The notes under the pieces were generated by a model. That model searched no databases. It saw nothing but the letters and a program-made list of their open reading frames with translations, and had not been told where the DNA came from. DNA of 64,000 nucleotides, taken from NCBI RefSeq assembly GCF_009914755.1, contig NC_060929.1; one strand, written 5' to 3'. Positions 43,051-56,949 of this stretch are shown in pieces. The position numbers and the translations under genes are program-made. This DNA comes from the human T2T-CHM13v2.0 reference genome, Homo sapiens. Numbering within the stretch: position 1 is the stretch's first letter; each line of letters opens with the position of its first letter.

Positions 43051-43324
43051 CAACCACACAACCAACCCCAAAACCTTTTAAATATTACTGATAAACATTA
43101 AGAGGTAACACCAAGAACTAATAGGAAAAAGATGAATCATTAAAAGTAAAAATACCTTTTGAGCACTGATAAGTTTTCAAAACCAGGAGAGCAGGAGCCT
43201 TTTAATAGAAATTCAAATAAAGGTCTATAAAATTTTGTGGTCAAACTAAGAATGATTACCATAGCAACAGATGAGTCTTGAGAAGGAAAATGGCCTTGTA
43301 AAAATAAAGTCAATATTTCCATTT

Positions 43325-43638
43325 TTATTTTATCTTATTATTATTATTATTATTGAGACAGAATCTCTCTCTGTCACCCAGGCTGCAGTGCAGTAGCATG
43401 ATCTCCAGCTGGCTGCAACCTTCACCCCCAAGGTTCAAGTGATTCTCGTGCCTCAGCCTCCCAAGTAGCTGGGATTACAAGTGCATGCCACCACACCTGG
43501 CTAATTTTTTGTATTTCTAGTAAAGAACAGGTTTCACCATGTTGGCTAGGCTGGTCTCAAACTCCTGGCCTCAAGTGATCTGTCTGCCTCGGCCTCCCAA
43601 AGTGCTGGGATTACAGGTGTGAGCCACTGCACCTGGCC
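43325..43638 (-). mobile_element. Alu (S/J) with (TTA)n tail
   Basis: Antisense Alu consensus. Confidence 0.93.
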
Positions 43639-43839
43639 AAATATTTCAATTTTTAAATGGCATATTAGTTCACCTCTATCCCAAAAGAAAGGTTATAATC
43701 TTGTTTAAATTATAGAAGTATTTTATCTCAACCACATAAAATATTAGAATATTCTGACACAAATTACTGAACACAATAAAATGTACTAAAGCTACAGTAT
43801 CAATGTTACTATTTATCAGTAATCCACTGGGTTTCTTAC

Positions 43840-43960
43840 ATCGTAAAGGCCTAGGGAAGAAATCAGAAGTTTCATGGGAAGTCACAGATGGCGTCAGATC
43901 ATCCGCAGAAGACTGAGTTTCCTCGTCATCACCTGACAACAGGTCTTTTGCTATTTCCTC
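43840..43960 (-). CDS. MIER3: MIER3 exon 5 ([40 protein letters not shown])
   Basis: ttccAG acceptor, T|GTAAGA donor, 121 nt. Confidence 0.95.
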
Positions 43961-45144
43961 CTGGAAGAATAAGAAGGCAGTGCTACAGTTAGAAATGATT
44001 ACATCTCATTAATTAAGAAAACTATCTTTTTATAACATATCATTAAGAAGCAGTTGGAACCTTATGAGAGAAATATGAAATTCTCCTATGATTTACTTCA
44101 TGTACATAAATATTTAATATTATATATTATATAATATTCAATAATATACTATTAAATGATAATCAGTGCAACCATATACTAAAACAATTGCCTAATTTGT
44201 GGGTATGCAGAGAGCTTATCTAAAGCTGTAGGCTAATTTTTAGTGAATTTACAACAAAAACAGTCTGACTTTTAAGTGGTTAACAATTATATTCATTTTC
44301 TGTCAATAATAAAACTGAAAAAATGCCTCCAACCTCCACTCTTCCAATAATTTAAAAGTCCGACTAATGAACAGCACTGACTACTGACATAATTTTAAAA
44401 GAAACAAGTTTGAATTAATTTTTATGTAAGTATACAGTCATCCTTGTGCCTAGCACAAAGTAGCCACTCAATAAATACTTGTTGAATGACTATGGTCATT
44501 AAGGTCTGTGGTACATTAATATCACATTGACTTAAAAGTGGGAACAATATAACTCACAGGAAGAGGTTCCAAGATGTGGATTCCTCTCCCTGCCTGAGAT
44601 CTGAAAGGCAAGGAAAGGTTCCCAGGGATCTGTTAGCAGAGGCCATGGCCGTGTGAATTTTCCTCAGCAGGGACTAGGCCTCCCCACAACCAGCCTACGT
44701 TAGAGATGGATCACCGCGGTCTTGGCTGCTGCGGCCGCTGTCACTCCCAGAGCCAAGAAAACAGAACTTCTCTCCAACCACTCCACGCCTAAGCCAGCTT
44801 GGTTTGAAGGCTTCTGGGGGATTTATTAATCAAGGCTTTTATGTGTTTATAGGATCAAAAGAAGTTAAGGCAAAATCTAAGTTTAGATACAATGTGTCTA
44901 CACAGGAAAGATGAAAACATTATGGGAGAATATTCAGGCATGCAAAGTACCATGAAGCTGCTATTAATACTACTCTTAACATAGGGTGATCAAAGCCAAA
45001 CAAAGTTTAAATCAGCCACCAAAATAAGCACAATGGGTCAACAAGAAGTTTACATTTAAGAATTATTAAATAATACTTTAAATGGAAGTAAAAGCAGTCA
45101 ATGGTAACAGACCCTGAATTTTTCTTTCAAATGCTCACACTTAC

Positions 45145-45279
45145 TTTGTCTAGTGTCATGTCTGGTAGTTCATCTGCCAGTTCACTTGGGGAACTATTTG
45201 CACTGGAATTTGCAACTGCTGGAATTGTAGGTTCATAGCCATAGAATGCCAGTAAATCTTCTAGAGGCATGGTTCCTTC
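45145..45279 (-). CDS. MIER3: MIER3 exon 4 ([15 protein letters not shown]...ELPDMTLDK)
   Basis: aacAG acceptor, AAA|GTAAGT donor, 135 nt; MIER-family MPLEDLLxxYGY motif. Confidence 0.95.
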
Positions 45280-46044
45280 CTGTTCAAGCCAGGGCATAAA
45301 CACGGACTCAGCAGATGTCACAATACTGAACTGCAGGTAAACTGTACTGTCCTTAGGTTCAGAAAGCACATTATCAAAACAGCAGAACAAATCAAAGGCA
45401 AGTTTCAGTTTTTCTTTTTGTGCTGTTGTCAGAAAACAGGACCAAACACCTGGAGCTATAATTAATGTATAAACAACAGCCTAACAATTAACACCTTAGT
45501 TTTTATTTTCTAGAAGCATTTTACTATTTTAAAAATTCCTCAAATATTTGCTTTAGTGCCTTTTTTTTTGCTTTCAAGTTAACATAAAGATTTGCCCTGA
45601 AAACATTTCCAATTAATCAATCAATAACTTGTAATTCACAGCTTCTTTCCTTGCATTTAACAGCTGACCACTTGCTTTATTCTTCATGTTAATTAGAAGA
45701 CACCTGGTAGAAAACCTTTGCTGAATGTTTACTAACATCAGCAATATTTATGTTCAAAGAACAATTATCCTTTTATATTCTTACTACATCTCCTATCTTT
45801 ATACCAGTTTTTTTAAAACAACTGTCTGAGGAAGATTATACTGTTATCACCATTTCACAGGTGAGAAAACTGTGGCTTAATTCTGGGTTTGAATCCCAGT
45901 TCCCCAAGTTATCTCACTGGCTGCACTGCTTTAATAAAATTACATACCCTGGCTACAGTGCTGCCTATGTTATGAATACCTACGCCATGCCTCACAGTGA
46001 CACCAAGTCACTGTTCCCCTCTAGGAATCCATGTGAAAATAAGT

Positions 46045-46270
46045 GTTACCATGCACAACGTAACATTCAGTACATGCAGACTGCATATACAGCCAGGATG
46101 CACATACAGCTGTGGTAGGAATAATATGCTACACCATATAGCCTAGGTGTGTAGTAGGCTACATTAACTACTTTTGTCTAAGCATACTCTATGATGTTCA
46201 CACAGCAATGAAACTGCCTAATGACGCCTTTTTCAGAATGTATTCCCTTGTTCAGTGACACATGACTATG
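46045..46270. mobile_element. TcMar-Tigger (Tigger3-like) remnant
   Basis: ATAGCCTAGGTGTGTAGTAGGCTA...CCTAATGACGCCTTTTTCAGAATGTATTCCC...GACACATGACT. Confidence 0.7.
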
Positions 46271-46309
46271 TTTTAACTACTAAAGTGTATAGAACTATTT
46301 ATCATTCAA

Positions 46310-46443
46310 GGCCAGTCGCAGTGGCTCACTCCTGTAATCCTAGCATTTTGGGAGGCCGAGGCAGGCAGATCACTTGAGGTCAGGAGTTCGAGACCAGCCT
46401 GGCCAACATGGTGAAACCCCGTCTCTACTAAAAATACAAAAAA
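46310..46443 (+). mobile_element. Isolated AluS-type left monomer with perfect TSD
   Basis: Left arm only; AGAACTATTTATCATTC at 46291-46307 and 46444-46460. Confidence 0.92.
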
Positions 46444-47289
46444 AGAACTATTTATCATTCGAATAAATAACCTCAAAACAATATACTCACGAACTAGTTA
46501 ATCTGTTAAACATTTTTAAGATTTCTGTATCCATCAATTAAGAGATTTTTAAAATTTGCTTATGGTTTAGTTTTCCCTTTAAAATAAAATAATCCGTAAA
46601 GCAAACAACATGAAAACACTAAAGCAGAGTGTGCAAAACATGCCCACAGTTGATCACAAAGTGACCTGAGAAGAGCCAGTGATGATTCCTTAGAGGGCCA
46701 GCTGGCTGCCCACAGGGCCCACAGGGGATGCAAAAGTTTGGCCTTCACCTTTGCAGGTATGGAACTTACATAATTTATTGTGTCTAACTAAAACAGATTT
46801 ATGCTCAATGAACTTACAAACAGGTATATGATAGAACACTAATTTATAAATTTGCAGTAGTAGACATACGCCTTTCTAATGACCATAAATGATCATGAAA
46901 ATCTTTTTTAGCTTGGGATTTAAATCAACCAAAAGTCCTCTGGGAGCATGGAATCAGCATAAATTGAATTGGATGGTCAGAACAGGGTGAAGTTCACCTA
47001 CACCATGGGGAAACTTCAATGAATTATTTTTCTTCCAAACCAAAGAATCCATTGAAGCTAACAAGACTCAAATTTAGAGTCTCTCTACAGTCCTATCTTG
47101 CTCCTTGCAGAGTCCATGCAGCCCATTCCCTTTGGCTCATATTGGTTCTAATACAAGAGGTGCCTGGGTTGCAGCCTTTGCCAAGCACCTGTCAGTAGTA
47201 TTTCCGCAGAACCTCACAGTTTCACACTCTCTCCCTGAAATGGGGAGTGGCAATTTTCACCTTTTATGCACTGATGGTCCACCTTCCCA

Positions 47290-49120
47290 TCATTTACTCA
47301 GTTCTAAGTGCTTGGCTGAGGGCTACTAGCTACTTGCTACTGGACATACAAATGAAATTTACTGAAGAATCCCTGCTCACAAGGAATTCAGTCTTAGTGG
47401 GAGGAACTTAGTGGGAGTAAGTCTCAAAGTCTGTAAGGATGTAAGGATGAGTTAGCCATTATGATACAATGTGATGGCTTCAATATTCAATTGTGACTAT
47501 AGACAAGGGCAGACCTACACCCCAAGAATACTGGTATGGAGTATGGAGGTATGCACAGAGGGTGAAGACTGAGCTAAGTCTTGAAAGATGACAAGGCTTT
47601 TGACAATACACAAATATAGGGCTGCCAAGTTTGATGAGTGTAACAAACAAATAGAGCCCTGAGATACAGAGTAACACTCGGGGCCCACTTCCAGAGGGTA
47701 GCAGGGAAAGACAGTCAGCAATCTTCAGCGGAGGCCTGAAGTCTGAGAAGGCCAGTCCCATGAAGAGTATTCCAGGCAAAAAAAAAAGACATATGTGAGG
47801 CCTGAAGGTGGTTCCCTGCTAAGCCAAGTGGCCAAAGTTTGGTGAGTAGAATGAAGAATGGCTCAAGAGAATGGAAAGAGAGGCAGGGACAGATCGCAAA
47901 GGGCCTCAGGGCCAGGGAAAGGAACTTGGACTTCATTCCCAGGGCAATGAGGAGCCATTAGAGACTCATAAAAAGGGAGTACCATGGCATTATTTCTTCT
48001 TAAAATACTGAACACCTGCATGAAGAAAAGTTAAGAAGGGTGGAGAGATACAAGAGAAGCAGGGAAACCACTTAAAAAGCCTCATGCTAGGTGAGGGTAC
48101 TGATACACAAGAGGAGAGAAGTGAAGAGAAGAGACATATTCTGAGGTGGAACCAAATGGGTCACTGGACGTGGGAGGGAAAGGGAAGGAGGACTCCCCAG
48201 TTTTCTATTTGAGCAATTGCCTAGATGGTGGTAACTTCTGCCAAGATAAAGAATACTAAAGGAATAAAAGGTTTTTGAAGAAAAAAACAACAACAACAAG
48301 AGTTCTGCAAAGGACACAGTTAAGTTTAAGAGGACTATGAAACATCCAAGTAGAAAAGTCAGGTTGGCCAGGAGCCTGGAGCTCAGAGAACCAGGCTGGG
48401 CTAAAGATATAAATCTGGCATTCATTAGCATCTAGATGATATTTAAAGCCACAGAAGTTGATGAGCTCACCCACGGAGAGGGTAGAGAGAAAAGAGGAAG
48501 GGATCTATGCTTATCAGAAGAACTTTCAGATGTATTACACTATGGGCAATGGGTATGTCTGAAAATTCTTAAACATGATTTGTATTTTGGAAATAATGTT
48601 GTAAGGGAAGTAGAATGAGAGCCTGAACTAAGGAGGGGGATTATTTGAGTGAAATTTAGGGAAAGATCCCTTTCTTGAGTTACTTGATACAAGGAATGAA
48701 AGCAACACAGGAGTCTAAATGGATTGCCAGATTTCTGGCCTGAGAAGTTAGGTAACTATAGCACCACTATGAGACAGAAGCACAAGATAAACTTAAGGAT
48801 GGGATGGTAACGATGAGTTTAAGGTGAAAGTTAAAGCAGTGGGTTTGAGTGAGAACACCCAGAAAAGGCACACAGAGTGAGACGATAATAGCCAAAACCC
48901 TGGAGAATGTTAATTAAAATGCGGGCAAAGAAAGAAAAGATCATAAAATAAGAAAGAGGGAGAAGCCAGAAAATAGAACGAGGAAAAAGTAGGATTACTT
49001 AAATTAAGGCAGAAACAAGTATGGATAATCAAGAATGGTCACTTGGGTCAAATTCCAAAAAGAAACTGAGCAAGAGAAAGACAAGAAATCTTAGTATCTG
49101 GCAATCAGGAATTATTGGTG
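47290..49120 (-). mobile_element. Degenerate L2 fragments
   Basis: GGACTTCATTCCCAGGGCAATGAGGAGCCATT...; GGAGCTCAGAGAACCAGGCTGGGCTAAAGATATAAATCTGG. Confidence 0.7.
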
Positions 49121-49124
49121 ACCT

Positions 49125-49411
49125 GGGACAAGCGCGGTAGCTGCTGCCTGTAATCCCAGCACTTTGGGACGCCAAGGTAGGATTGCTCGAGCCCAGGAGT
49201 TGGAGACCAGCCTGGGCATTGCAAGACCCCTTCTCTATAAAAAAAATTTTTTTTTAAATTAGCCAGGGTGGTGGGATACACCAGTAATCCCTGGGCTTTG
49301 GGAAGCTGAGTGGGGGAAAACTGCTTAAGCCCAGGAGGTCAAGGCTGCAGTTGGCATGATGATACCGCTGCACTCTAGCCTGGGTGACAGAGTGAGACCA
49401 TCTCTAAAAAA
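49125..49411 (+). mobile_element. AluJ
   Basis: Diverged Alu; flanking AATTATTGGTG(A/G)CCT. Confidence 0.9.
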
Positions 49412-50451
49412 GTAATTATTGGTGGCCTTATAGCATGGTGGAAGAAGCCAAGCTAAAGACTGAACGGGAGGGAAGAAAGTACATACATGACTTGAGACTT
49501 GGCTACAAAAGGAGAGTGACTGAGGGCAACACAAGATCAAAAGAGAATTTCTTCCAAATGTGGGATCTGCATTAGTAGGATTCTTATGTGGAAATTTAAA
49601 AAAAAAAAAGGTAGAAGAATAAATTGAGGGCAGGAGGGATAGAATCTAGAGGTTAGCCTGGGATATCACAGATACTTTGCAGGACAGGAGGGAAAGAATA
49701 ATATAAAAGTTTGTACATGTGAGGGAGACAGGAGGTTCCCAGCATCCACTCAAGAAAACCCCGCTTTTCTATAAAGACACAGGAATGACCATCTGTTGAG
49801 GGACAAGATGACCATCTCCGTAGAAACTGCATTAATAAGTTCAAGGGATGACACGGGTGGCCAGAGGGCTGATGCTAAAACACACATCATTTGCACCAAA
49901 ACTTTTAAAGCAAAACTGGAAAAGGTGAATCTAGTCTCTGAAGCACTTCACAAATGAACTCTCTTTGAGAGCCTATTAATAAAGCACTTAAGTCCTTTAA
50001 AACATAAAAACAATTTTTTCAAAATTGAATTAGTAAGTCTCAAAGTCTGTAAGGATCTGTGGTAGCTAAATCAGCTTAGAAGTGTGATCCATCACCTTAT
50101 CCCGGGTATAAGGATTTTTCTCTTCCTCTTCTTGGGTATTTTGTTGAACCTATTTACATTTTAAGGGACACAGTAGAGTCTAGTCACACTTATAAATGAA
50201 CTGTTCTGTAAGTCAAAGGATTTATATCAGGAAGAGAACCAGATTTAGGGCAAAAGATCCACTAATTGCTAACCAATATCTTGGACAAATCACCTAATCC
50301 CTCTCACCTCCATTTCCTCACATACCATCATTTCCTTGATCCTATGATGCACTCCCTCACATATCAGAATCAGGATGTAGCCTGATACTAAAGTGCAAAC
50401 TTCATATACAAGCGTTCCTCCACCACCTGCACTGTTTAGAAGTCAACAGTA

Positions 50452-50756
50452 GGCTGGGCGCGGTGGCTCACGCCTGTAATCCCAGCACTTTGGGAGGCCG
50501 AGGAGGGCAGATCACGAGGTCAGGAGATCGAGACCATCCTGGCTAACACGGTGAAACCCCGTCTCTACTAAAAAAAAAAAAATACAAAAAAAATTAGCCA
50601 GGCTTGGTGGCGGGCACCTATAGTCCCAGCTATTCAGGAAGCTGAGGCAGGAGAATGGCGTGAATCCGGGAGGCGGAGCCTGCAGTAAGCCAAGATTGCG
50701 CCACTGCACTCCAGCCTGGGCGACAGAGCGAGACTCCGTCTCAAAAAAAAAAAAAG
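50452..50756 (+). mobile_element. AluY
   Basis: Diagnostic GAGATCGAGACCATCCTGGCTAACACGG, CpG-rich; TSD AGAA(G/A)TCAACAGTA. Confidence 0.95.
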
Positions 50757-50961
50757 AAATCAACAGTACATCCTACAATCAACAAGGCCTCTGAGCCTAG
50801 AAAAATAATGCCAGTATTCATCTGACACAACTGATGGTATCACTGGATGGACCAAATGAGGCTGAGATGCATTTTAATGTTAGTAACTAACGCCTGTCTG
50901 ATACCTTAAGGCACAGGCTGCAAAACTATATACATATAATTTGTTTAAATGTCTGGTGATC

Positions 50962-51277
<316 letters not shown>

Positions 51278-51444
51278 TAACAAAAAAGGAAAAACCTATA
51301 CTAAAGTTAAATGGTAGAAAAAGTGATATTTTACTTTCTCATTTGTGCTTTTCTGAATTTTTGAATTTTTCTCACAGTGAACATCAAGGGGGTAATTATG
51401 TATTAATAAAAGTAGAAATAAGAACTCTTTAAAAAGTTCTACCA

Positions 51445-51738
<294 letters not shown>

Positions 51739-53184
51739 CTACCTATAAATCTAGGTCTATTAAAAGCTCTCAGATGGCAGTAATATGCATACATTAAAAT
51801 ATATAAAGATATTACATAAACCCTATTTTAGTATGTTTAGTAACTAAAATCTAGCCACATATTCTATACTCAAAGTGCTACTACGAGAAAATTGCTTTAG
51901 TACTTACCTTATTTTCCATAACACGACGTACTAAAAATTTGTAAACACCAAAATATGGGCCACATTACAGTCAACACACAACTGAGTTTATTTACTATGA
52001 ACATAAAAACTTATAATTCTTGAAAATGAACATTAACATCAATCCCCTAAGACTGTTAACATGCACCAATACCTAAATCCCTATTCCACTAAAAAAGATT
52101 AAGAGAATACACTATTTCAAGTGATATAGAAATAATCAAAACATAATTTAAAATTCCTTCTAAAAGCTTGATCCTTACTCTTTATATTTGTGTCTCTACT
52201 GTTTCTTTTATTCATTTTCATGTTTCATTAAACATCAATAAAAAGAATAGAGACCACATGTATACAGTTGTACTTCACTACAGATAAGAACAACAGATCA
52301 GAGCAAGTGGGCAGTTAAGTCACTCTTCTGTTTCCCTGTGTATTAACATGAAGAAGGAAATAAAATAATACTCCACTCCTGCCTCACAAAGCTACTAAGC
52401 AGAGGAGATGATATATATAAGAATGTGCTTGCCCTTTTCAAGAAAAAGAGGTATAAGAAACTCAGGGGATAAGTATCATTTCTGAAAGCTTTTGTTATTC
52501 TGGCTGATAAGAAATTTTCAAATATGGTTAAGTAAGCATAAATCCTACACGTTTTCAAGGTGACCCCTATAGGGACCTCTCTATATACAGTCCTGGTATA
52601 AATGCATGAAAATACAGTTCATTTGAATTTATATTGACTTGGGGCTTAAAAAATTACAAACTACACTCACTCTTGCCAACCTTTTCAAAGATGACTTTTA
52701 AAGGAGCAGGGGATGGGATATTACCAATTTATATTTGAAAATACAGTAAATCTTTTTCAATTTTCTTAAAATATTCCACTAGATTATGAGTTATTTGAAG
52801 GAAAAGGCTTCTCTCTGTATCTACTACAGTACTTATACAAATTCAAGTTTGACCCTTAGCAGAATAGTAGTTACAATGGAAAGAGGGCTAGACTAGGATT
52901 CAGAAATAATCTTAGGGCTTATAGTTTTCCGTATCTCAATTTTCTCATCTGTAAAATGCCTACGTGTACCTACTTCACTGTGCTGATATAAGCTTAAAAA
53001 TTAAGTTAACAGATACAAAATAATTTTGAAAAATTAAATGAAAGCATACTTATTAGGCTATCCCCCAAAATAAGAGTGAAAAAAAAAAGGATTATGATCC
53101 TATTTTTATTTCAGGTAGATTATTTTTAAAATTACAACAGAATTTCAAAATCTTTGTTAAGTTTGTATATTAAAGTAAATCTTA

Positions 53185-53358
<174 letters not shown>

Positions 53359-54627
53359 TTACACATTTACAAGGCTATTAACAAAAGAAAATAAAAATTT
53401 GTGTTCTTCTGCCAGTCCCTTTTCATGTTTATATGAGGGTTTTACTAAATGAATTTACTATATAATTTATAGGTTATAAATTAAGACCCCATGATTCTGA
53501 AAATATGTCTAAATCAGCAAAATAACAAGGCAAAGTTATTCACAAACACTTTTATAAGGGGTTTAGTCCACAAGAAAACAACTTATGATAACAACAAAGT
53601 GATTTAAGCAGCATGGTTTTAAAGAAACATTCTAATAGAAAAAGTCAAACTTGCTTATCATTTAATACATCTGTCTAAAAGCAATAGCAAAATATCAGAA
53701 AGATTAAATTTCCATGAATGGAAGATTTCACAAGAATCGACTATACACTAAGATGCACACTTCAGGATAATATAAATTTTACTCAAATTCTAACCCTCAA
53801 ATAAAGACAGAAAACACAACAAAAATCTGCTTTATAAAACAAATATAAGTTTCTGTGAAGCAGCTATACAGCCATTCAGCTTTTAAAAGCATTGTATCAC
53901 TTTACATTTCTCTAACAGTACTTCAAGTTCCCTAGCATTAATCAGACAAGCATTAAACTGTAAGACTTTGCTTTACTTTGGATTACTAACAAAGTTCTTA
54001 GGATTATGTGTAGGGAATACAGAAAATCACATCTGAAGGTTTTGGAAGATATATCCATTGCAAGTTGTTTTGGATAATTCATACTTGTTTATAAAACTAT
54101 AATATCTTTTAATAGCAAATATGAAGTCAATAGGAAACTCCAAAAACCAAGAGAAGAAATGACTAAAATCCATAATCCCAAAGAAATGAAATCAAATTTA
54201 TAAAAAAACAGGATTTTCTCCACTTGTTTTACTCTAGTATCCAATTCAATTAGACCCGTAACCCTCAGAGCAAGGAAGGAAAGTATCAGAAACTGAGGTT
54301 GGGGGAAGGAAGAAGTGGATGGAAGCATACTCAACATAAAAAGTTTAATCTGTTCTTAGTCAAGCTACTGAATATTTTAAAATTTCAAACATTTCAGGAC
54401 AGTGTGAGATCATTACCAAAACACTGAACTGGGCCAAAGATTTTTCACTATGGAAAAACCACACACATAATTCATTATTTTTGATTCTGGGTTCAGAGAA
54501 CTCTAATTAGTTCTAAAAATACAATTTCTACAGGACTTTATTTTTTGGCAGGTTTACATTATGTTATCTTCCTTAATGTTGAAAAATATCTGCTCATTTA
54601 AAAACTTGTTGATTTACATGTGGTTTA

Positions 54628-55074
<447 letters not shown>

Positions 55075-55360
55075 TCACCTCTTTGGTAGCAGAGCTCCTC
55101 TGGGCTCTTCTGTTACTCTTCTATCACTTGGCACAACAGGCCTCCCCTTTAACATGGAAGGTATTCAGTAAGGGTCAAAAATCGAAGGACCTGAGGGTCT
55201 ACTCCCAGCTTTGTCCTTGGCTTTTTGGGACCTAAAGGAAGTCATTTAAACTTTCTAGGTCTAGCTCCTGTCTTCCATTTGCAAAATACATGGGGATGAC
55301 TGAAAGGACCTCAAAAGTCCCTTCCAACTCTAAAATTCTCTTTTTAAAAAACTGGCTAAT

Positions 55361-55625
55361 TAATCCCAGCACTTTGGGAGGCCGAGGCAGGCGGATCACT
55401 TGAGGTCAGGAGTTCAAGATCAGCCTAGCCAGCATGGTGAAACCCCATCTCTACTAAAAATACAAAAAAATCAGCCAGGTGTGGTGGCGCATCCCTGTAG
55501 TACCAGCCACCTGGGAGGCTGAGGCAGGAGAACAGCTTGAACCTCAAAGGCGGAGGTTACAGTGAGATTGCCCCATTGCACTCCAGCCTGCATAACGTCT
55601 CAAACAAACAAACAAAAAACAAAAA
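55361..55625 (+). mobile_element. AluS, 5'-truncated with right-arm deletions
   Basis: Starts at TAATCCCAGCACTTTGGGAGG; GGCTAATT on both flanks. Confidence 0.92.
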
Positions 55626-56889
55626 GAGGCTAATTGATTAAAAACAGGTTACACTGTCTTTTGGCTTATTTAGAGTGCAACTTCTTAAAAGAAGTCAGTG
55701 ATACCAAATGGAAAAATTCCATTAATCCAGCTGTTTGACATCATGTATATATTTTCCTAAAATCAGTTATAACAAAAAAGTTCATCTCAAAATTAACAAA
55801 AATTTTTAGAATTTTAAAGATATAGACAGCTATTTTTAAAATAGCTGCAAATTTCTTCTACTTGGTGTTATAATACCTTAAATGACAGTCAAGTGAGGCT
55901 CTGAAGGTGGAGCAGATACAAAAAGTAATAGTGTAAGGAAACTGACTATTCACTCTATGGAAACAAGTTGTAATGGAAGATTTAGGAGCTCATCTGTGCT
56001 CCACCACTAACGAAAGTTATTTAAAAGTCTCCTCAACTGTAAAATAATGGAGTTGGACTAGTTCAGAGGTGCTTTTCCTGTAGACTAGGAGAGGGAAGAC
56101 AGCAAAGAGGTAAGCTAGAAAGGAAATGAGAAACTGAAACAAAGATACCTTACATGATTAGCACATGAGGAAAGGTCCTTATGGACCTGCTACAGGGATT
56201 CTACAAACCCCAGATTGTGTGTAATTATGCATATGTGCAGAGTTCTGGGACACATCCCTTGCTTTCATTAGATCCTGACAGGGGTTTCTGACCTCAGGAA
56301 AGTTAAGAAACACTGTACTAGATGACCTAAGATCGTCTCAGCTCAGAAGTCAAAATCACCCTTTTTCTGTGCCAAACTTGGAAGTTCTGTCTTTTTTATT
56401 AAGGTAGCTTTACCTCTCAACTTCCAATTTTAACACAACTCATAGACATTTAATTATGAAAAAGAAACAACGTAAGAGGAGATGAGGGGTTACAGTTAGT
56501 GAAGTAGTCCCAGAGTTCTGACAAATTACTCAATCTCTAGAAGAAACCGAAGTTAAAATCTAAATTGCTAAAGTTGGTGTCAAGTTAATTTGGGATTAAC
56601 TGTTTCAGGCTCGGAGGAAAAATAAGATATGTAATAATTAAAGCCATATTCCTTAAAAGAACGCTTGTCTTAGCAACTTTGTAACAGTTACTTTTTCAAC
56701 ATGCAAGAGAAAACAAAGAACAGTATAACTGTTTCTTCCCCAAACTTTACTAAATGCACACTGAAACTCTTAAAAATCAATGAAGAAAAACCTGCAGGAT
56801 ACATTTCTATTGGGAATCCTTTAGCAACAGACCTTTGAGCCCACATTACCCACTGGGAACCACCGAAGACGTAAGAAAATAGGACAAAC

Positions 56890-56914
56890 CTGGGCTCGAA
56901 CTTCCAAAAGAAGC
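56890..56914 (-). CDS. MIER3: MIER3 exon 2, 25-nt micro-exon (ASFGSSSP)
   Basis: TTCTTCTCTCTCTCCTAG acceptor, G|GTTTGT donor; restores the frame between exons 1 and 3. Confidence 0.92.
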
Positions 56915-56949
56915 CTAGGAGAGAGAGAAGAAAACGTGAGGTTAGATCG

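Noticed and set aside
55827-55847. Palindrome CAGCTATTTT-T-AAAATAGCTG
   Set aside because: Short, AT-rich and isolated; plausible by chance in 64 kb.
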